This document shows positions 58,389 through 64,000 of a stretch of 64,000 bases of DNA, piece by piece. The position numbers and the translations under genes are program-made. Positions within the stretch are counted from its first letter, which is position 1; the number at the start of each line of letters is the position of its first letter. This DNA is from an uncultured Actinomycetes bacterium (lineage in GTDB: Bacteria; Actinomycetota; Thermoleophilia; Gaiellales; JAICJC01): NCBI GenBank assembly GCA_963744065.1, contig CAVUSN010000017.1, positions 18,496 to 82,495 on the forward strand. Direction: 5' to 3'. The notes beneath the pieces were generated by a model. It saw only the letters and a list, made by a program, of their open reading frames with translations. It ran no database searches and was not told the DNA's origin.

Positions 58389-59189
58389 GTGGGCCAACTG
58401 CCAGCGCGTCCCCTGATTCTGGCGTACCACGCCGTGGATGCGGCGTGGCGCTCACCGCTTGCCGTGTCCGAGCACGACCTGGCGGCGCACGCCGCCGACC
58501 TGCGCGACCGCGGCTTCAGCGGGCTCACGCTGACCGAGTCGGAGACCCGGCGGGCGTCCGGAACGCTGCCGCAGCGGTCGGTTGTCTTCACCTTCGACGA
58601 CGGCTACGAGAGCGTCGGCCGGGCGGCCCGCATCCTCGCCCACCACGGCTTTCCGGGCACCGTGTTCGTGGTCACCGACTTCGTCGGCTCCGACCGGCCG
58701 ATGAGCTGGTTCGGGGTCGATCACGAGCCGCCCGAGATGATGCGCTCGCTCGACTGGGAGCAGCTGGCTGAGCTGCGCGAGGACGGCTGGGAGGTGGGCT
58801 CGCACACGGTCTCGCATCCGCTCATGACCTCGCTCGACGACGACCAGCTGGACGAGCAGTTGGTCACCTCGCGGCGGCTGATCGGCGAGCGGCTGGGGGA
58901 GTGCACGTCGCTGGCGTATCCCTACGGGGCGGCCGACCAGCGGGTGGCCGAGGCCGCCCAGCGGGCCGGCTACACCGTCGCCTGCACGCTGACCGGGGCC
59001 GAGCTGGTGGATGAGCCGCTGCTTCGGCCGCGGCTAGCCATGGCGGCCGCCGACCACGGCATGCGGCTGCGCCTGAAGACCTCCGGCGCCGGCCTGCGGC
59101 TGCGCCGATCTCCGCTGGCCCGGGCGGTCCGGCGGGCTCGCCGGCGGCGGCCGTGGATGCCCGACGGCGACCCCGGCGCGGCGACCTGA
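58389..59189 (+). CDS. polysaccharide deacetylase (CE4 / NodB-homology family)
   Basis: ..VVFTFDDGYESV......L..HGFPGTVFVV......W..L.EL...GWEVGSHTVSHP.L..L......SLAYPYG. are the NodB motifs (TFDDG, H(S/T)xxH, YP.G). Confidence 0.85.
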   Translation: MGQLPARPLILAYHAVDAAWRSPLAVSEHDLAAHAADLRDRGFSGLTLTESETRRASGTLPQRSVVFTFDDGYESVGRAARILAHHGFPGTVFVVTDFVGSDRPMSWFGVDHEPPEMMRSLDWEQLAELREDGWEVGSHTVSHPLMTSLDDDQLDEQLVTSRRLIGERLGECTSLAYPYGAADQRVAEAAQRAGYTVACTLTGAELVDEPLLRPRLAMAAADHGMRLRLKTSGAGLRLRRSPLARAVRRARRRRPWMPDGDPGAAT

Positions 59190-60010
59190 TGCAACCGGCG
59201 GCGGACACCGGCCAGCATGACGCGCGGCCGCTGGGGCCAGACACGCCCGCGCTCTTCGTGTGCGGCCTGCACCGCAGCGGCACCTCGCTCGTGCACCGCT
59301 GCCTGGCCCGGCATCCCGAGGTGTTCGGCTTCCACGACACCGGCATGCCCGAGGACGAGGGCCAGCACCTGCAGACCGTCTACCCGCCGGCCTACCGGCA
59401 CGGCGGCCCGGGCCGGTTCGGCTTCGACCCGGCATCGCATCTGACCGAAGAATCGCCGCTGGTGACCGACGCCAATCGGGCCAGGCTGATCGAGGAGTGG
59501 GGCAGCCACTGCTCGGGCGGCGGCGGCCTGTTCGTCGAGAAGTCGCCCCCCAACCTGGTGCGCACGCGGTTTCTGCAGGCGATGTTCCCGCGGGCCTCGT
59601 TCCTGGTCGTCGTCCGCCATCCGGCGGCCGTGGCCGGCGCCACCCAGAAGTGGTCGCACACGCCGTCCACCTCGCTGGTGCACCACTGGGTTGCCTGTCA
59701 CACCACGCTGCGCGCCGACGCGCCGCAGCTCGAGCGGGTGCGGGTGGTCCGCTACGAGGAGATGGTGGCCGACCCGGACGCCAGCCTGGCCGCCATCTAC
59801 GACTGGCTTGGACTCGCGCCGCAGGCATCCGGCGAGCCGGTCCGCGCCGACGTCAACGCCCGCTACTTCGCGCGCTGGCGAAGCCGCGCCCGGCTGGCTG
59901 GCCGGCTCGACCGCAAGCTGGCCGCCCGCCGCTATGAGGGGGACGTGCGCAGCTGGGGCTACAGCCTGCGCGACCTGGACTGGCTGGGCCCGCTGGAGCC
60001 GCTGGCGTGA
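59189..60010 (+). CDS. sulfotransferase family protein
   Basis: PAPS 5'-phosphosulfate-binding loop FVCGLHRSGTSLVHRCL. ..FLVVVRHP.. is the 3'-phosphate-binding region. The ATG overlaps the deacetylase stop (TGATG). Confidence 0.75.
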   Translation: MQPAADTGQHDARPLGPDTPALFVCGLHRSGTSLVHRCLARHPEVFGFHDTGMPEDEGQHLQTVYPPAYRHGGPGRFGFDPASHLTEESPLVTDANRARLIEEWGSHCSGGGGLFVEKSPPNLVRTRFLQAMFPRASFLVVVRHPAAVAGATQKWSHTPSTSLVHHWVACHTTLRADAPQLERVRVVRYEEMVADPDASLAAIYDWLGLAPQASGEPVRADVNARYFARWRSRARLAGRLDRKLAARRYEGDVRSWGYSLRDLDWLGPLEPLA

Positions 60011-60963
60011 CCGATCCCCGCGTGCGGGTGGTGTACATCGCCGGCGCCGGCCGCAGCGGCTCGACGCTGCTTGGCATGCTGCTGGGCGCCCTGCCGGGAA
60101 CGGCTGCGGTGGGCGAGTTGCGGCACATGTGGCGGCGCGGTGTGCTGAACGACGAGCTGTGCGGATGTGGCCAGCGGTTCAGCGAATGCCCGTTCTGGAC
60201 CGAGGTCGGCGAGCGGGCCTTCGGGGGCTGGACCAACGCGCCGGCCCAGCGCATGATCGAGCTGCAGCGCCAGGTTGACCGCTTCCGCCGGCTGCCAGCG
60301 GTGGCCGCCGGCTCGCTGGCCCCGCGCACGCACGCACGCGTGCGCGAATATGTCGACACCACCGCGCGCGTGTACACGGCGGTGTCCAGGGCCGCCGGCG
60401 ACGCGGTCGTGGTGGACACCGGCAAGAGCGTCGCCTTCGCCGCCATGGTCGGCCGGCATCCCGGGCTGGATCTGCGGGTGCTGCACCTGGTCCGCGACCC
60501 GCGGGCCGTGTCCTACTCCTGGATGCGCACCCGGCCGATGCCCGAGGTGCACTCCAAGGAGGCCTTCATGGCCACCTTCAGCCCGTTCCAGTCGTCGCTC
60601 GTATGGCTGGGAAACAACGCCGCCGCCGACGCCCTGCGGCTGATCCGGCTGCCGGTCACCGACCTGCGCTATGAGCAGCTGCTGGGCGAGGGCCGCGAGC
60701 AGGCGCTGGCGCGGATCGCCGACTGCATGGGTCAGCCCGCCGCCAGCCTGGCCGCGCTGGCTGGCGACGACGTGGCCATCGGCGTCCAGCACACGGTGGC
60801 TGGAAACCCGGCCCGCTTCGAGACCGGGCGCGTGCGCCTGCGGGCAGACGAGGAGTGGCGGACCGGCATGCGCTCGGCCGACCGGCGGCTGGTGTCAACT
60901 GTCACCTTTCCGCTGATGTTGCGGTATGGATACCACCTCATGAAATCCCCACGAGCGGGTTGA
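60007..60963 (+). CDS. sulfotransferase family protein (second, divergent copy)
   Basis: VVYIAGAGRSGSTLLGMLLG (PSB loop) and ..LRVLHLVRDPRAVSYS (3'PB region). GTG start with a 4-nt overlap with the previous gene. Confidence 0.75.
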   Translation: MTDPRVRVVYIAGAGRSGSTLLGMLLGALPGTAAVGELRHMWRRGVLNDELCGCGQRFSECPFWTEVGERAFGGWTNAPAQRMIELQRQVDRFRRLPAVAAGSLAPRTHARVREYVDTTARVYTAVSRAAGDAVVVDTGKSVAFAAMVGRHPGLDLRVLHLVRDPRAVSYSWMRTRPMPEVHSKEAFMATFSPFQSSLVWLGNNAAADALRLIRLPVTDLRYEQLLGEGREQALARIADCMGQPAASLAALAGDDVAIGVQHTVAGNPARFETGRVRLRADEEWRTGMRSADRRLVSTVTFPLMLRYGYHLMKSPRAG

Positions 60964-61079
60964 CAGGCTCCGGGCCCCGCGGCATGCTCGTAACAGGCTG
61001 GAGCCGGCCGGGTCCGTGAGGAGGTCCGCTCGGCATCCCGCCAGTGGATCAGAGACCACACACAGGGGAGTGTGCGCTT

Positions 61080-62091
61080 GTGGCTAGACGCGTTCTCGTA
61101 ACCGGCGCCGGCGGATTCATCGGCCACCATCTGGTGACTGCGCTGCGCGCGCAGGGGCACACCGTGCGCGGTGTCGATCTCAAGCATCCCGAGTATTCGG
61201 CCACCGACGCCGACGAGTTCATGGTCGCCGACCTGCGCGACCCAGCCTCCGCGGCCGAGGTGATGGATGGAGTCGACGCAGGTGTACGCGCTGGCCGCCG
61301 ACATGGGCGGCATGGGCTACATCTCGAGCCACAACGCCGAGATCCTGCACGCCAACTCGCTGATCAACCTGAACACGGTTGAGGCCGCCCGCCGGGCCGG
61401 CGTGCGCCGCTACCTGTACACCTCCTCGGCCTGCATCTACCCCGAGTTCCTGCAGACGGACGCCGACGTCAAGCCGCTGCGCGAGCAGGACGCCTACCCG
61501 GCTCAGCCGCAGGACGGCTACGGGTGGGAGAAGCTGATGGCGGAGCTGCTGTGTACGTACTACCGCGAGGACCATGGGCTGGACACGCGGATCGTGCGCT
61601 TCCACAACATCTTCGGGCCGCTCGGCACCTGGGACGGCGGGCGCGAGAAGGCGCCGGCCGCCATGTGCCGCAAGGTGGCCATGGCCAAGCTGACCGGCGA
61701 GCCCCGCGTCGAGATCTGGGGCGACGGCGAGCAGACCCGCTCCTTCTGCTACATCGACGACACCGTCGAGGGTCTGATCCGGCTGATGGCGTCCGACTAC
61801 CCGGACCCGCTCAACCTGGGCCAGGACCGGCTGATCTCGATCAACGACATGGCCCGCTTGATCGCCGGCATCGCCGGCACCGAGATCGAGCTGGTGCACA
61901 TCGACGGGCCGCAGGGCGTGCGCGGGCGCAACTCCGACAACACGCGGCTGCGCGAGGTGTTGGGGTGGGAGCCGGCGATCTCGCTGGAGGACGGCCTGGC
62001 CACGACGTACCATTGGATCGAGCAACAGGTTTCCGAGCGGCTGGAGGAGGGACGTCCAACGGCGGCTGATGCACTCGTACCCTCAGGTTGA
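61080..62091 (+). CDS. NAD-dependent sugar-nucleotide epimerase, GDP-mannose 3,5-epimerase-like (one frameshift ~61280)
   Basis: RVLVTGAGGFIGHHL (Rossmann fold), then ..YALAADMGGMGYI..YTSSACIYP..PQDGYGWEKLMAELLCTYY..IVRFHNIFGPLGTWDGGREKAPAAMCRK..GDGEQTRSFCYIDD closely follows the GME pattern (..RFHNIYGP.GTW.GGREKAPAAFCRK). The sequence passes from ORF 61044.. to ORF 61267..62091. Confidence 0.8.
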
Positions 62092-62881
62092 ACTCTCGTC
62101 CCGGTACGACACCGGGACCGTGCTGGGCGTCAATTACTACGTCGGTGACATCGAGTCGGCGACGCAGCTGGTGCTGGAGCGGGCGGAGTCCGGGCTGGGC
62201 GGGTTCTCCTGCCTGGCCGGCGTGCATGGGATCGTGCACGCGCAGCACCGGCCGGAGCTGATGGCGGCGCTGGGCGACGCCTGGCTCAACTTCACCGACG
62301 GCGCGCCGGTGGCGTGGCTGATGCGCCGCTGCGGCTGGCCGACGACCCACAGGGTGGCCGGGCCGGACCTGATGCCGGCGGTGATCGAGGCCGGCCAGAC
62401 CCGCGGCATCCGCCATTACCTGTTCGGCTCCACGCCCGACACCCTGGCCCTGCTCGAGGACTCGCTGCGCCGCGAGTATCCTGGCGTGCAGATCGCGGGC
62501 AGCATGTCGCCGCCCTTCCGGCCGCTGTCGGACGCAGAGGAGATGGAGATCGCCGCGCAGATCCGGGCCGCCGAGCCGCACATCGTGTGGGTGGGCCTGG
62601 GCCTGCCCAAGCAGGACGAGTGGATGCACCGCAACGCCCCCCGCCTGGGCCCGGTGCTGTCGATGGGGGTAGGTGCCGCCTTCGACTTCCTGGCCGGCAC
62701 CAAGCCGCGGGCGCCGCTGTGGATGCGCTCGCACGGTCTGGAGTGGCTGCACCGGGTGCGCAGCGAGCCGCGCCGGCTGGCCTACCGCTACCTCACGACC
62801 AACTCCGAGTTCATCGCCCGGGCCGGGGTGGAGGTGCTCCGGCACCGCGCCGTACGGCCGCGGGACACCCGGAGCGCGTAG
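62069..62881 (+). CDS. WecB/TagA/CpsF-family glycosyltransferase
   Basis: ..NFTDGAPVAW....G......RVAGPDLM.......YLFG......L.......YPG..I.G...PPFR......I.....P.IVWVGLG.PKQ.EWM......V..GVGAAFDF.AG...RAP.WM...GLEW..R. Confidence 0.8.
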   Translation: MHSYPQVELSSRYDTGTVLGVNYYVGDIESATQLVLERAESGLGGFSCLAGVHGIVHAQHRPELMAALGDAWLNFTDGAPVAWLMRRCGWPTTHRVAGPDLMPAVIEAGQTRGIRHYLFGSTPDTLALLEDSLRREYPGVQIAGSMSPPFRPLSDAEEMEIAAQIRAAEPHIVWVGLGLPKQDEWMHRNAPRLGPVLSMGVGAAFDFLAGTKPRAPLWMRSHGLEWLHRVRSEPRRLAYRYLTTNSEFIARAGVEVLRHRAVRPRDTRSA

Positions 62882-62883
62882 CC

Positions 62884-64000
62884 ATGGGCCTTGCTGTCCG
62901 CGCTCCGGCAGAACCCAGCGCGCCGCGCAGCGGCGGCGGCTTCGGCGTGCCCTCCATGCGCACACTGGGGCTGGCCACGGTCGGCCTGGTGCTGGCCGCG
63001 CTGGCCGGTCCGCTGGTGGCCCTGTCGCCGCCCGCGGCGGTGGCCATGGCGGTCGTGTTGGTGCTGCTGGCGGCGCTGGCGCTGATCCGCCAGCGGCCGA
63101 TCGGCGAGGTGCTGATCATCCTCATGATCCTGATCAGCGGCCTGGTCGACATCCCGCAGCGGATCAGCGTCGGGCCCACCACCGGCCAGGGTGCCGAGAC
63201 GGTGGGCTTCCTGGGCATCATGCTGCTGGTCATCCTGAACGGCTATCTGGGCTCGGGCGTGCCCCAGATCGCCCGGGCGTGGCCGATCGGGCTGTTTGTG
63301 CTGTGGACGTTCATGTCCTTCTCGTGGGGCGGCGCTCCCAAGCAGGGTCTGCAGAACGTGTTCGTCTACGCCGGCTTCTTCGGCGCCATGCTGATCGGCG
63401 CCACCGTCGCCCGGTGGCAGCCCGAGGGCGCGTACCGGGCGCTGGACATGGCCTTCAAGCTGGCGGCCGGGCTCGGCCTGACCCTGTACGCGGTGGGCCT
63501 GGCCATCGGCGGCCACGGCACCCGGGTGGTGGTCTCGCCGCGGCCGTTCGGCCTGTTCGGCGTGATCATCATCGCCTGGTTTGCCAGCGGCGACCGGATC
63601 GGCATCCCGTGGGCCAAGTGGGTTGTGGTGGCAACCGTGCTGCTGACGGTGCTGTCGCTGTCGCGTTCGGCGCTGGCCGCGCAGTTGGCGGTGATCGTGC
63701 TGGCCCGTTTCGACCCGCACAGCCTGCGCTCCTACATCCGCACCGGCGCGGCGGTGATCGGCTCGGCCATCGTGGCCCTGGTGGCGGTGTTCGAGTACGC
63801 CCCCCTGCACCACCGCTTCTTCCACGGCGACACCACAAGCATCGGCGGGTTCACGCTCAACGTGACCGGCCGCGACGCGCTGTGGTCGGCCAACTGGGGC
63901 TGGTTCAAGGAGAAGCCGTGGATCGGCTGGGGCGCCGGGTCGTCAGACACCATGACCGCCGCGCTTCCCGGTCACAATGCCGGCCACCCGCACAACGACT
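62884..64000 (+). CDS. O-antigen polymerase/ligase (Wzy_C)-like membrane protein, 3' end outside window
   Basis: ATG 62884 lies 3 nt after the previous stop. The frame is open to the window end and encodes ten or more hydrophobic helices, ..VLSLSRSALAAQLAVIVL.. and ..NAGHPHND.. (Wzy_C loop). It is absent from the ORF track because no stop occurs in-window. Confidence 0.7.
   Translation, partial: MGLAVRAPAEPSAPRSGGGFGVPSMRTLGLATVGLVLAALAGPLVALSPPAAVAMAVVLVLLAALALIRQRPIGEVLIILMILISGLVDIPQRISVGPTTGQGAETVGFLGIMLLVILNGYLGSGVPQIARAWPIGLFVLWTFMSFSWGGAPKQGLQNVFVYAGFFGAMLIGATVARWQPEGAYRALDMAFKLAAGLGLTLYAVGLAIGGHGTRVVVSPRPFGLFGVIIIAWFASGDRIGIPWAKWVVVATVLLTVLSLSRSALAAQLAVIVLARFDPHSLRSYIRTGAAVIGSAIVALVAVFEYAPLHHRFFHGDTTSIGGFTLNVTGRDALWSANWGWFKEKPWIGWGAGSSDTMTAALPGHNAGHPHND

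Noticed and set aside
58349-58401. Possible sixth locus of the repeat family upstream of the deacetylase gene (gccagttgccg at 58349 and an inverted ggcagttggcc at 58391-58401), plus a single gccggttggcgg at 47625
   Set aside because: These are single, degenerate cores without a partner 23 bp away. The second one lies inside the CDS start. This is too weak to count as arrays, so they are mentioned only as possible relics.

Overview
High-GC (roughly 70% or more by eye) bacterial chromosomal window, almost all of it on the + strand. Gene order matches the Actinobacteria-type backbone alaS-ruvX-mltG-aroE ... aroC-aroK/aroB-aroQ-pepP-efp ... nusB. Between efp and nusB it also carries a Bacillus-like accB-accC-asp23 run, followed by ispA-tlyA-nadK-recN. 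Downstream lie pyrG, two peptidases, ald, xerD, deoB-pdp, mutM, recO, glyQS and a PDRP-ppdK-comB block. I would guess a deep-branching actinobacterium (Thermoleophilia or Rubrobacteria-like); this is inference only. The last ~12 kb (51.9-64 kb) is an accessory cell-envelope glycan locus. It holds an ECF sigma factor, a Gly/Tyr/Asn-rich membrane protein, two Wzy/O-antigen-ligase-like proteins and a flippase. It also holds a CE4 deacetylase, two sulfotransferases, a GDP-mannose-3,5-epimerase-like enzyme and a WecB/TagA transferase. No rRNA, tRNA, CRISPR array or transposase was seen. Main second-look items: (1) a dispersed family of phased 23-bp direct repeats (core GAGT-GCCACTTGG) at five or more intergenic loci; (2) a 259-bp hairpin-dense element closed by a perfect 21-bp inverted repeat between the PDRP gene and ppdK; (3) a deacetylase plus double-sulfotransferase module suggesting a sulfated glycan; (4) an AccB-type biotin carrier fused to an OadA/5S-like carboxyltransferase domain that seems to have lost its metal ligands; (5) a 3.3-kb zone (20.5-23.8 kb) where essential genes carry about thirty frame changes, with isolated frameshifts elsewhere. 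Item 5 is most simply assembly indel error and limits confidence in exact CDS boundaries.
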